From an uncultured Bacteroidota bacterium (GTDB lineage Bacteria; Bacteroidota; Bacteroidia; 2-12-FULL-35-15): 34,729 bases of DNA. Location: NCBI GenBank assembly GCA_903881065.1, contig CAIRRW010000071.1, forward strand, positions 1 to 34,729, read 5' to 3'. The position numbers and the translations under genes are program-made. Positions 13,301 to 17,606 of the stretch are shown piece after piece; positions within the stretch are counted from its first letter, which is position 1, and every line of letters starts with the position of its first letter. The notes under the pieces were generated by a model. It was not told the DNA's origin. It saw only the letters and a list, made by a program, of their open reading frames with translations, and ran no database searches.

Positions 13301-15959
13301 ATGCTTTTGAGTTTAAACAAACTGTTGTATCGGCTAGATTTGAATAAATAGTAAGTATGCCAGAAAAGATCCCTGCCGTTGTCGGAGAAAATTTAATTAA
13401 TACATTTTTACTTACTCCAGGAGCAATCATACCTGAAGTAGATGAAAGAATGGAATAAGCAGAATTAGAAATATTCATGCTGCTAATCATTAATGTATCA
13501 CAACCAGTATTTGTTATAGAAAGTGAATCCATTCGCGTGGTGTTTGCCATTATGGAATCATGATCTATACAAGAATTTGGATTATTGAATAAGGTAATAT
13601 TGTATTGAGCAGTACCAACAACATTTAATGTACAAGGAATTGATACAGTAGGAGTACTTGGGTCATTAGTAGCGATAATAATGGAATTAGTATATGTACC
13701 TGCAACAAGCCCGTTCGAACTAAAATGAATAGAATCGTAAAGAGTACTGCCTGCTGAAACATTACCGGAACTTTGGGAAACAGTAAACCAACCACTTCTA
13801 TTTGCAGTATAACTTAATGCATTCGCCATTAACATGGCACCATCTGTACTAGTTATCCAATTATCACCAGGCCACATATTCAAATCAACACGATTAGTTC
13901 CGTTTATTTGCCGTGTGGCAATAAGCGGTGTTCCATCCGACCAATCTGCAATTCTTGTCGCAAGCGGATCAACGGAAGAAGCATTGGCACGATACGAATT
14001 CCCTCCTCCATCAAAACTAGAAACATTCTGTAAAATAGGACTGTTCGGACTATAGATGGTTCCTAATGTTGCCTCACTTGAGAAATAACCGCCAGGATGG
14101 TCAATGCACCAGTAATTACTCGAATTAAATCGTCCTCCAATATTGGCATTTTCTAGAGACCACATTGCAGTTACTACTCCTCCTCCTCCATCAATATAAT
14201 CTGCCAGATTATTTCCAAGTGTAGTATAGTCAGCGTAACCCCAATCGCTCCATACCATAACAGCATCATATTGTTTTAGCTGCGTTAAAGTAGGAGTTAC
14301 AGTTGCAGTATTATAAATATCAATAATTGAAAATTTGCCAGTAGCCATTAGAGTTGACTGAAGCCCTGGCAATGCATTGTATTCAGCACCCATTAATGCT
14401 GCTTTTATTTTTTGCTTTGAAGCTTGAAAAGATAAATTACTGGCACCTGTATTGCTTATTGCGAGTGTACTTAAAGACGAGCTACTACAACCAAGTGTTA
14501 CATTAAAAGAAGGAGGAGTAACTGAAACAGTTGGTATTGCCGAACAATAACCAATAAGACAAATGGTAGTATCGTGTGCATTGTTATGAATTGTTAATGT
14601 ACTGGTATTGTTTCCAAGTATCGTTGGAGCAAATGTAATAGTTATTTTTACTGAATCATAAGCAGCTATCGTATCAATTGCAGGGGACACTATAAAAGCG
14701 GAATTAGAACTAATGATGCTGCTGACAATAAGCGAACCGCAAGCAGTATTATATAACTTAATTGTTTTTGAGGAATAACTTGTTTGCACTGTTGTATCCA
14801 ATTTGACACAACTTGTGGGAATGCCAATTGCAGGAAGATTTGAGCAGCAATCATGTATTTGAATTGCTGTATGTTCGTCATCAGAGACGCCATTGCCTAA
14901 TTGCCCATAACTATTATATCCCCATGCCCAATAAGTTCCATCATTTTTTATAGCCAAGGTGTGATTCATTCCTGCTGCAATTGCAGTGATGCCGGATAAT
15001 GAACTAACTAGGGCTGGATAATTTCTTGAATTGGTTGTTCCATTGCCTAATTGTCCATTATTATTGTAACCCCATGCCCAGATAGTACCATTATTTCCTA
15101 AAGCAAGTGAATGGTAAGTACCTGCTGAAATTGCAGTTATCCCTGACACATAGCTCACTTGAACAGGTGAATATTGCGTACTATTTGTTAAGTTCCCAAT
15201 TCCTCCATAATAATTGTATCCACATGCCCAAACAGTTCCATTATTTTTCAAAAAGAGCGAATGATAAGCTCCTGCACTTATAGTTGTGATACCTGATATT
15301 GATGTCTGAACAGGGATTAATTTGTCATTACTAGTAGCATCCCCTAACTCTCCGTAATAATTATAGCCCCACGCCCAAACAGTACCATCATTTTTTAATG
15401 CCATTGCATGATAATTTCCTGCCGATATTTTTGTGATACCTGAAAGAGAGGTAATTTGAATAGGATAAGAGCTATTGTAATAAGTACCATTGCCTAATTG
15501 CCCATACCCATTATAACCCCAAGACAATACAGTACCATCACTTTTTACAGCATAAGAGGAATAATAACCTGCTGCAACAGAAACAATTCCAGTTAATGCT
15601 CTAACCTGAATTGGATAAGGGTAAGAATTGTAAGTACTGTCTCCTAATTGTCCATATCCATTATATCCCCAAGTCCATACTGTACCATCGCTTTTTAGAG
15701 CAATAGTATGGTATTCACTACCAGTAATAGCTATAACTCCTGAAAGCCCATTAATAATTTGAGGTTGTGTAATACTATTAAATGTGCTATCCCCTAATTG
15801 GCCATTTCCATTATTCCCGAAGGCTTTTAATTTCCCGTCATTGCATACAAGAAAGCTATGGTAAGCTCCAGCTCCAATAATTTGGGAGTTCACTGTTTCA
15901 CTTAAGAAAGAGAAAGATAACAGGAGTAATAACGGTGGAAAAAGTAATTTTCTTTTCAT
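1..15959 (-). CDS. Giant secreted multidomain cell-surface adhesin-like protein. The 5' end is complete and the 3' end runs off the window start (at least 5319 codons in window). A T9SS C-terminal sorting domain is expected beyond the window.
   Basis: ATG at 15959-15957 is followed by MKRKLLFPPLLLLLSFSFLSETVNSQ. Hand translation of the minus strand near 15950, 15239, 7418, 2579 and 524 gave five sensible domain sequences, all in the same frame (distance from 15959 divisible by 3). The track lists no long minus-strand ORF here, which fits an ORF with no in-window stop being omitted; the same happens for the + ORF at the 3' edge. Confidence 0.85.
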   Translation of the reverse strand, partial: MKRKLLFPPLLLLLSFSFLSETVNSQIIGAGAYHSFLVCNDGKLKAFGNNGNGQLGDSTFNSITQPQIINGLSGVIAITGSEYHTIALKSDGTVWTWGYNGYGQLGDSTYNSYPYPIQVRALTGIVSVAAGYYSSYAVKSDGTVLSWGYNGYGQLGNGTYYNSSYPIQITSLSGITKISAGNYHAMALKNDGTVWAWGYNYYGELGDATSNDKLIPVQTSISGITTISAGAYHSLFLKNNGTVWACGYNYYGGIGNLTNSTQYSPVQVSYVSGITAISAGTYHSLALGNNGTIWAWGYNNNGQLGNGTTNSRNYPALVSSLSGITAIAAGMNHTLAIKNDGTYWAWGYNSYGQLGNGVSDDEHTAIQIHDCCSNLPAIGIPTSCVKLDTTVQTSYSSKTIKLYNTACGSLIVSSIISSNSAFIVSPAIDTIAAYDSVKITITFAPTILGNNTSTLTIHNNAHDTTICLIGYCSAIPTVSVTPPSFNVTLGCSSSSLSTLAISNTGASNLSFQASKQKIKAALMGAEYNALPGLQSTLMATGKFSIIDIYNTATVTPTLTQLKQYDAVMVWSDWGYADYTTLGNNLADYIDGGGGVVTAMWSLENANIGGRFNSSNYWCIDHPGGYFSSEATLGTIYSPNSPILQNVSSFDGGGNSYRANASSVDPLATRIADWSDGTPLIATRQINGTNRVDLNMWPGDNWITSTDGAMLMANALSYTANRSGWFTVSQSSGNVSAGSTLYDSIHFSSNGLVAGTYTNSIIIATNDPSTPTVSIPCTLNVVGTAQYNITLFNNPNSCIDHDSIMANTTRMDSLSITNTGCDTLMISSMNISNSAYSILSSTSGMIAPGVSKNVLIKFSPTTAGIFSGILTIYSNLADTTVCLNSKAFANPIIGVLPTSLSVALGCSDSTASSVLLINSGGSVLNWNATGISSGNNSNPPTGYCNPTMYPYNGCSYINSVTTSGGITNITSPVDGSYPYGDYSYYTAPFVSQNRGGTFMLNLQAQGSCNIAYFSVWIDWNQNGVFDANEEVVTNVSTGNSLRTFTITVPQNAAAGATRMRIIDWTNGSAPSPCGSLSGYYGETEDYVVKVPTLITMSPTSGTIPANSSTNLNVNFNSIGYSSGTYSGSIALSSNDPVTPTLQIPWTLTVNGSPHLTASMYNTTKPCLDLDSIMANTTSTDSLKITNTGCDTLRINSYSISPSVYSVVSYPTMIAPGLSKNLVVKFSPTNAGTFSGTLSLYTNAIDTAICLTGKAFPNPTISTNPTSFNVTLGCSDSLNTSLVINNTGGGALNYSIINPNLPVNPSCRPITTGTCCNMGIYNVTFNTINNTTGNATQGYQDYTSSQSTLIIPGHTYTLSVQTGPSYTEYVSAWIDYNNNGIFEANEQIMNGNSSYNVHTVSVTIPLNAGANGAMRMRVGSEYYYYGVPQPCNSVTYGQFEDYTLKTSSSIGESVSSYSGTIGSGSLSTVNVQFSSMGLNVGTYSGNITINNNDPIHNPIVVPYTIHVSGSGTIALTKNCMNLDSIMQYRSKMDSLYVKNIGCDTLKITNITHQLAAYSVNSTSFNILPGDSAKLKVTFAPTTIGTFNDTLTILNNNITQKLCLSGKAFARPILSTSPTYFNETLACCDSITLPLAVNNAGGSNLNWSLNKNNSHTLNYNGANSYVQINNSTAFDLNQLTIEAWVYSSNYNQNGFIFEKGPVNTQYSLFFEGTSLCFRTYPQSGGCGTDYYLNSASIGITNGAWHHIAATYDGSNKKVYVDGVLRGTSSFTCPLVKGQLGEIIGAYGGTGSHSYYYNGDITEVRIWNYARTQAQIAANLYGQINPALSGLVAYYPLSEGSGTTLFDKTLNSNNGTSINTSWLNTSNPVSFPEGFSASLFSGNISAGGTDTVYVKLKSCGLPVGTYTTNIIVNSNDPLNSNDTVHCTLHVSGAGKIALSKNCIYLDSIMQHRTHKDSMFVKNTGCDTLKISNITTQTSIFTVNPTTFNILPGDSTKIYSTFSPIAVGSFQDTLTIINNDATKKVCLSGKAFAMPTITTSPTSINATLSCVDSTSSVLTINNTGGSVLNYNINLLNPSMNSNLPSAALCAPATTGTCCNMGIYNVTFGSINNTTGNAVQGYQNYTSSQSTVVIPGQTYSISVQTGTSYPENVRVWIDFNNDGVFDASEMVLNNLNSLPNTLHTGTVTIPTTAVKNKAVRMRVGSEYYYYSAPQPCTNVTYGQFEDYTVKIASWVALSSLTGSVASGNSNIVNVNFNSSNLNVGTNTATVSITSNDPINSPLIVPCSLTVVGAGRIALSKNCMNLDSIMQYTSHKDSLYIKNTGCDTLKITNITNQLNIFTVNATSFKILPGDSTKLYTTFSPVAVGTFLDTLTILNNNITKKVCLLGKCFQRPILSTTPTSFNVSLSCCDSTILPLTINNTGGSNLICSIKGGGGTTKPKVLILTAGDAGVNAKNALVSTGKFIASDIDIMVNPSSLKMTMLAPYNAVLVWTDNSFGSSMVGDTLKKYVDNGGGVIIGTYAFNSNWGMSGGIMGANYSPFIQSGSTQCVSGTINLATLPNHNHPIFKNISVNPSYWTNCNYYNPSLNPGATLLASDLSGNKVVAENHNGKVIGMVIFPEYLNSANASTDMMFANALYYLNNNSTWLSYTPNKDTTTAGGSSIVNMKFKSCGLLVGTYNTDVVISSNDPLKPIDSVHCTLHVTGTGLISTNRNCLNLDSIMINTASIDSSLYVKNTGCDTLKITDITHQLSVYSVSPTSFNLLPGDSAKVRVVFSPTTVGTFKDTLTIIDNNVTKKICLSGIGYPRPEQCHSPNSYNIHFTICQDSIAKPITVCNTNGGSNLLWSLTNSNSGSAVFNGNSAYINNGTVNLPTGSVMTAEAWIYPVSYPDGTYNGIVSWGGRYCNGTAMLLSIQNNGRPSMATWCNDFVPNSGPTAVLNQWNHIACVLNGTSVTLYMNGVPINGTLSSLPNVQSNNFAIGSTDYPGRYFNGKIDEVRIYNLALSQAEIVTSMTNTLTGNEVGLKGYWNFENGTANDLSPSGNNGVLRGGAYITPTWVNISPRLGTTSAGNSYTGSVVFYKNGQAPGVHNYSIFLNSNDPLNTVDTIPVTLTVDSIAPAPPVASSINVCYGYTVPSFTATGNSGDTIKWYNSSMVLQHIGAAYNTGQTAVGVYTYYVTATDSINGCQSRKDSVQLHINVAPTKPVAADKSACFGSAIPTLTSTGTIQKWYSNSSLTNLLYVGNPYNTGMTAAGTYTFYVADSTAGCPKSISDTVSLIIHSIPSKPIVNNISACFGGTIPSFSATGTGSDTIKWYSPSLSQLHIGNNYSTGLTSPGTYTYYVTQTDSLLGCASAKDTATLTIHFTSQPTANSQTSCFGSSSSTLTATGTNLKWYSSNMTFLYAGNPYNTGLTAVGVDTFYVTQTLNNCESSAKRVILTINPLPSAPTSANVKICFGQSTPALTVTGTNVSWYSNPGLTTLVHSGNTYNTGLTAVGNYTYYLTQSALGCTSPADTVHLNIGALPSRPITNDANSCFGNPTPHLVASSTGADTVKWYSNPALTNLLFTGNPYNTGNTAVGTYTYYITQTDSASGCISKPDTAALVINSAPVKPTANDVVSCFGQSVASLSSTGTIIHWYSNSSLTTLVYTGNPYNTGNTAVGTYIYYLTDSTIGCPVSPPDTVTLTINPNPASPTTSGNVSICFGQANPSLTATGTNVNWYSDAALTTLVHTGSPFTPAQTAAGIYNFYVTQTVNGCSSTASNLVFTIHLTPPVSASNINVVAGTTVPDFTVVGSNIIWYDSTGTSTATGNTFATGQTAIGQYTYYVTQTLNGCESVKDTVKLTIRPLAPVSSNVAICFGNTIPDLTTSTGMNINWYSNSGLTNLVHSGSTFATGQSIVGTYTYYVTQTVNGIQSSPTTVTLTINSIPAAPNANNQSACFGGVIPNLTATGSSIQWYSGTSVISSGSSFATGNTAVGVYPYTVTQTLNGCESPSKADTLTINSLPSKPVASNVSSCFGSSTPDLTATGTNIKWYFTAPSLIGSGSPFASGKTLPGVYTYLVTQTSTLTGCQSPYDTVSVTINFTARPVASNVSVCAGTTIPALTATGTNIQWYDSAFAAVHSGSPFNTGQTVIGIHTYYVTQTNSTTGCESLKDTVTLAINALPSAPVSSNANVCFGQSTPVLVATGTNVNWYNNQNLSTVLFNGNTYNTGNTAAGVYTYYLTQTVSGCQSPADSVTLTINPTPAAPVTSGNVAICFGQANPTLSATGSNINWYSDVTLTTLAGTGSTFTPTQTAAGTYTYYVTQTTNGCVSPASTITFTIHFTPSVHVNNISIPFGTATPDLVAIGTNIIWYDSAMVNVSTNNTFSTGVTAIGAYIYYVTQTLNNCESARDTVVLTIYPSNPVSSNQSNCFGTATPDLSATGNNIRWYSDSLLTHLVYSGNPFATGNTTVGVYNYFVTQTVNNVQSLYTKVTLTINAIPTTPVVVNKGACFGGTIPDLSAAGTTIQWYSVSTVVHSGNTFTTGNTVAGVYAYSVTQTVNGCESPAAPDTLTINSIPVTPVATPVTVCFGNPVPDLTASGTNIIWHDTTGAVVHNGSPFTTGITSPGTHTYYVYDLNTLTGCQSHPDTTTLKINYTAPPVAANVSICRGTTVPPLTATGTNIQWYDASTLLFSGNSFATGDTSVGVYSYYVTQTNSVTGCQSKADTVTLSINSAPGAPSGTDASVCFGGTVPSLTSSGSNVNWYSSAVLGTSLFNGNTYNTGMTAVGTYTYYITQTVGGCSGPANTVTLTINSNPAMPITSGNASICFGQTNPTFTATGTNIEWYSNQNLTTLVQSGNSYSSTQTAAGSYIYYVTQNNLSTGCASLPDSLKFIIHALPTVTAGSSAPSVCSGSSATLLGSGATTYSWTSGVTNAVAFVPVLSGTYTVTGTDNNSCTNTSSVSIVVNPLPVLSNTVTGTCAGTCNGAASVSLSGGTPGYTYLWTGGFTSSTLTSLCSGSYSVTGTDGNGCQATASISVTANPLPLVTASASLTSICDGFTDTLHGGGATSYVWSGGVTNGVSFSPSSTSTYTVTGTDNNGCNNTASVTVTVNPLPTIIANATATSICNGIPVTLTGSGGTTYSWTGGVTDGVSFIPAATGSYTVTGTDSHGCVNTNLVTVTVNSLPTITANASATTVCSGTSITLIGGGAISYSWSGGVTDNVAFVPSSSQTYTVTGTVGTNCSNTSTISITVNSLPVITASASSTSICAGFIDTLHGGGATSYIWSGGVTNDVSFTPVSTATYTVTGTDINSCTNTSSVTVTVNNLPTIIANTTATTVCNGIPVTLTGSG
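1385..6650 (-). repeat. 22 tandem ~240-nt (~77-80 aa) Ig-like repeats of the type associated with CHU_C/T9SS giant proteins
   Basis: One unit translates as P..P.V...V.CFGG.IPDLSA.GT.I.WY.......H.GN.FTTG....G.Y.Y.VTQT.NGCES....L.I. The CFG anchor (plus-strand ccaaaaca or variants) recurs 22 times, near 1568, 1810, 2045, 2285, 2515, 2755, 2990, 3220, 3465, 3705, 3940, 4170, 4415, 4640, 4880, 5120, 5385, 5625, 5865, 6105, 6345 and 6595. Confidence 0.8.
6930..7420 (-). other. Guest domain 7: LamG (Laminin_G_3 / concanavalin A-like lectin) domain
   Basis: Translation is AVFNGNSAYINNGTVNLPTGSVMTAEAWIYPVSYPDGTYNGIVSWGG...LNQWNHIACVLNGTSVTLYMNGVPINGT...FAIGSTDYPGRYFNGKIDEVRIYNLALSQAEI. Confidence 0.8.
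8055..8656 (-). other. Guest domain 6: second copy of the uncharacterised alpha/beta (GATase1/ThuA-like?) domain
   Basis: Translation is KVLILTAGDAGVNAKNALVSTGKFIASDIDIIMVNPSSLKMTMLAPYNAVLVWTDNSFGSSMVGDTLKKYVDNGGGVIIGTYAF...TDMMFANALYYL. It is a paralog of 13805-14410. Confidence 0.35.
9285..9710 (-). other. Guest domain 5: GEVED-type domain
   Basis: Translation is CAPATTGTCCNMGIYNVTFGSINNTTGNAVQGYQNYTSSQSTVVIPGQTYSISVQTG...VRVWIDFNNDGVFDASEMV...KAVRMRVGSEYYYYSAPQPCTNVTYGQFEDYTVKI. It is a close paralog of 11628-12050. Confidence 0.65.
10497..11000 (-). other. Guest domain 4: LamG (Laminin_G_3 / concanavalin A-like lectin) domain
   Basis: Translation is LNYNGANSYVQINNSTAFDLNQLTIEAWVYSSNYNQNGFIFEK...GAWHHIAATYDGSNKKVYVDGVLRG...YNGDITEVRIWNYARTQAQIAANL. 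This is the classic F.G.dyv ... T.EaWv ... W.Hva.tyDG..l.lYvDG ... f.G.idEvRiwn.aRt..eI pattern. Confidence 0.75.
11628..12050 (-). other. Guest domain 3: GEVED-type domain
   Basis: Translation is SCRPITTGTCCNMGIYNVTFNTINNTTGNATQGYQDYTSSQSTLIIPGHTYTLSVQTG...VSAWIDYNNNGIFEANEQI...GANGAMRMRVGSEYYYYGVPQPCNSVTYGQFEDYTLKT. Confidence 0.65.
12693..13139 (-). other. Guest domain 2: GEVED-type domain
   Basis: Translation is GYCNPTMYPYNGCSYINSVTTSGGITNITSP...YFSVWIDWNQNGVFDANEEV...AAAGATRMRIIDW...PCGSLSGYYGETEDYVVKV. It carries the WIDWNQdG.F core, the trMR motif and a C-terminal GE(T)EDY signature. Confidence 0.65.
13805..14410 (-). other. Guest domain 1: uncharacterised alpha/beta domain, possibly class-I glutamine-amidotransferase-like/ThuA-like fold
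   Basis: Translation is KAALMGAEYNALPGLQSTLMATGKFSIIDIYNTATVTPTLTQLKQYDAVMVWSDWGYADYTTLGNNLADYIDGGGGVVTAMW.... The alternating beta-alpha pattern with a (Y)D/NAV(L/M)VW.D and V/IDxGGGV signature is paralogous to 8055-8656. The fold assignment rests on pattern memory only. Confidence 0.35.
14860..15880 (-). repeat. Seven RCC1-like repeats (predicted 7-bladed beta-propeller), period ~150 nt
   Basis: Translated motifs GNNGNGQLGDST, GYNGYGQLGDST, GYNGYGQLGNGT, GYNYYGELGDAT, GYNYYGGIGNLT, GYNNNGQLGNGT and GYNSYGQLGNGV lie near 15795, 15645, 15495, 15345, 15195, 15045 and 14895. They are interleaved with HS/HT..ALK.DGTVW strands typical of RCC1/ATS1 repeats. Confidence 0.8.
15885..15959 (-). other. 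N-terminal signal peptide of the giant protein
   Basis: MKRK n-region, LLFPPLLLLLSFSFL hydrophobic core, then a polar SETVNSQ stretch. The cleavage position is approximate. Confidence 0.6.
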
Positions 15960-16151
15960 TTGAATGAATTATAAATTAGATGTATATATTTAATATTTAG
16001 ACAGAACCATATGCTATGCGGCTAAAGTAATAAAATGTTTTATCAGAAAAAAGGACTTATGTTAGAAATATTCATTTTTAAGTTAAATACCTACTAAACA
16101 TTGATTTTTAACCTTAAAGAAAAACATTGGAACGCGAAATGTCAAGTTTTC

Positions 16152-16268
16152 CCGACCAATTGTAACCCTCTGGCAAACATTTGTAACCTATTACCGACCA
16201 TTAGTAACCTCCCGACAACAATTAGTAACCAATTCCCGACAAAAAGTAACTATTTATAAATAGTTACT
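16152..16268. repeat. Phased 21-bp repeat array: five direct units with a GTAAC core, ending in a perfect 24-bp palindrome. Candidate operator array and/or operon terminator.
   Basis: GTAAC occurs at 16162, 16183, 16204, 16225 and 16246, spaced exactly 21 bp. The units are CCGACCAATTGTAACC, GCAAACATTTGTAACC, CCGACCATTAGTAACC, ACAACAATTAGTAACC and CCGACAAAAAGTAAC. The palindrome AGTAACTATTTA|TAAATAGTTACT spans 16245-16268. The array lies 193-309 bp upstream of the giant-gene ATG and 77-193 bp downstream of the operon stop. Confidence 0.7.
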
Positions 16269-16344
16269 CTTTCATGAAACTTTAATATTATTATATTCTT
16301 TGGCTAGAATGCCTAGTACTCAACTAATTTTCGTGGATTCTAAA

Positions 16345-16974
16345 TTACCTTTTCAGTAAATTAAGTTCAATCTTTAGTTTAATATCACAATGCTTTATTA
16401 CCACATTAGTTGGGAATTCATCTTTATAATCATTTAAACTGAGCACCACTTTCTTCACCTTCTTTTTCGAATGTTCAATTTTTACAATATGATTGGTTAC
16501 CTTTTCAGTAAAATAATAATTATACATATTATCGAACTGAATTCGTTTTATGGCAAATAAATTATTTCTGTCAGTAAAATCATTAGCGGGTTTCCCCACA
16601 AGATTATTCATCAGCAATATTGCAATATCATGCTGAATAGTTTTTAATAAAGCAGGCCGGTTAAATTGAGGAACGCAGTAATGAAGAGTAAAAGAAGTGT
16701 CTTTAAATTCGAAATCAAAAAGTTTCATCCCCAGTTCGGTAGTAAAAATAATACGGTAATCCTGTGCCGACATTTGTTTTGTAACAAGCAGTCCGCTCAC
16801 ATCTTTATTGTAAATACTAATATTAGTTTTAAATAAAAATGAATTAAAATTATCGCCGAATATAGGCTTGGGAATGGATGAGGTAGTTGCCTCTTCCTTC
16901 AATCGCCCATAATGACCAAGAGTGCAGCCTGCAAGTAGAAATAATAAAATACTACTTAACAATAAATTTCTCAT
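16345..16974 (-). CDS. Lipoprotein of unknown function, last gene of the KS/ACP operon (possibly the DUF3261-type lipoprotein seen in aryl-polyene clusters)
   Basis: The track ORF is 16345..17031. The internal ATG at 16974 gives MRNLLLSSILLFLLAGC, a signal peptide plus lipobox Cys. It overlaps the LolA-like gene end by 23 nt. The family assignment is a guess from context. Confidence 0.6.
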   Translation of the reverse strand: MRNLLLSSILLFLLAGCTLGHYGRLKEEATTSSIPKPIFGDNFNSFLFKTNISIYNKDVSGLLVTKQMSAQDYRIIFTTELGMKLFDFEFKDTSFTLHYCVPQFNRPALLKTIQHDIAILLMNNLVGKPANDFTDRNNLFAIKRIQFDNMYNYYFTEKVTNHIVKIEHSKKKVKKVVLSLNDYKDEFPTNVVIKHCDIKLKIELNLLKR

Positions 16975-17587
16975 CGTCAATCGGCTGATTATTTTTTCTG
17001 TTAGTGAAATCAATACTTGTATAATCATCACCGGGCTCTATCATTTTCACTTTCACCACGGAGTAATCGGCCTTATCAATATAAAGTTGTATCACCTTTA
17101 GAAAATCTTTTGCACCTTTTTGCACCGGTGCAAGTTCCAGTAGGTATTGTTTATCACTTTCATACTCCTTAGCTTTGTAGTCCTTATTACTAAGCAGGTT
17201 TCCCTGTACTGTATTCATCATCATTTCATTAATGCTTTTAAACATTTTGTTCGAGTTGATATCATATTTACTCACCTTGCCGTTATCTTTAATAAACATT
17301 TTATCCTTATTAATAGCTATGATATATTTGTAAGGATCGTTGTATTCCCACCGCAGCATATTTATTTTCTTGAAACAAAAATGTCCTTTACTTATAATCT
17401 TTTCCGACATCACCGATAAATATTTTTCCTGTGTAAAATCACTTTCAATAGTATTTACCAGCTTCGATTGACTTTCCATTTTTTGTTTAAATGCAACAGT
17501 ATCTTTCACAGCAGTAAAGCCTTTTGGCACCTGTGCAAATAAAACAACCGGCAAACTAGACAAAACAATCAGCAATAATCTTTTCAT
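16952..17587 (-). CDS. LolA-like outer-membrane lipoprotein carrier family protein
   Basis: 211-aa ORF with an ATG start and the signal peptide MKRLLLIVLSSLPVVLFAQ. Size and beta-rich sequence (F.Q.K....S......G.F.....N..RWEY..P) are typical of LolA-like proteins found in aryl-polyene/flexirubin-type clusters. Confidence 0.65.
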   Translation of the reverse strand: MKRLLLIVLSSLPVVLFAQVPKGFTAVKDTVAFKQKMESQSKLVNTIESDFTQEKYLSVMSEKIISKGHFCFKKINMLRWEYNDPYKYIIAINKDKMFIKDNGKVSKYDINSNKMFKSINEMMMNTVQGNLLSNKDYKAKEYESDKQYLLELAPVQKGAKDFLKVIQLYIDKADYSVVKVKMIEPGDDYTSIDFTNRKNNQPIDDEKFIVK

Positions 17588-17606
17588 ACGTATCTATCTT
17601 TTATTT

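Larger units (their letters stand above)
7560..14880 (-). repeat. Seven-fold module region. Each module (~1055-1265 nt) is a choice-of-anchor-D/ASH-like Ig domain followed by a second Ig-like domain interrupted by a guest domain.
   Basis: The motif C..LDS(I)M.......L.(I/V)(K/T)NTGCDTL.I........(F/Y)SV...........PG(D)S......F.P...G.F.D.L.I..N recurs. Its NTGC(D)TL anchors sit near 14742, 13505, 12400, 11345, 10080, 9007 and 7768. Each is followed by P(T)SF(N)V.L.CCDS.....L.I.N.GG..L.W, then a guest domain, then W...SP.SG...GSS....V.F.S.GL..GTY...I.I.SNDP......IP..L.V.G. Confidence 0.6.

Noticed and set aside
1000-14893. All track ORFs inside the giant gene: the 60-90 aa plus-strand ORFs (2209..2397 through 13834..14055) and the two short minus-strand ORFs (1000..1191 and 14690..14893)
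   Set aside because: They are antisense or off-frame shadows of the long minus-strand reading frame. Their translations are low-complexity with no motifs, whereas the main frame gives coherent domains end to end.
15960-16150. Promoter (-7 TAnnTTTG box) for the giant gene
   Set aside because: I scanned the minus strand of this interval and found only one-mismatch candidates (for example TAATTTAT, 11 nt from the ATG). There is no exact match at a sensible distance, so no promoter is called.
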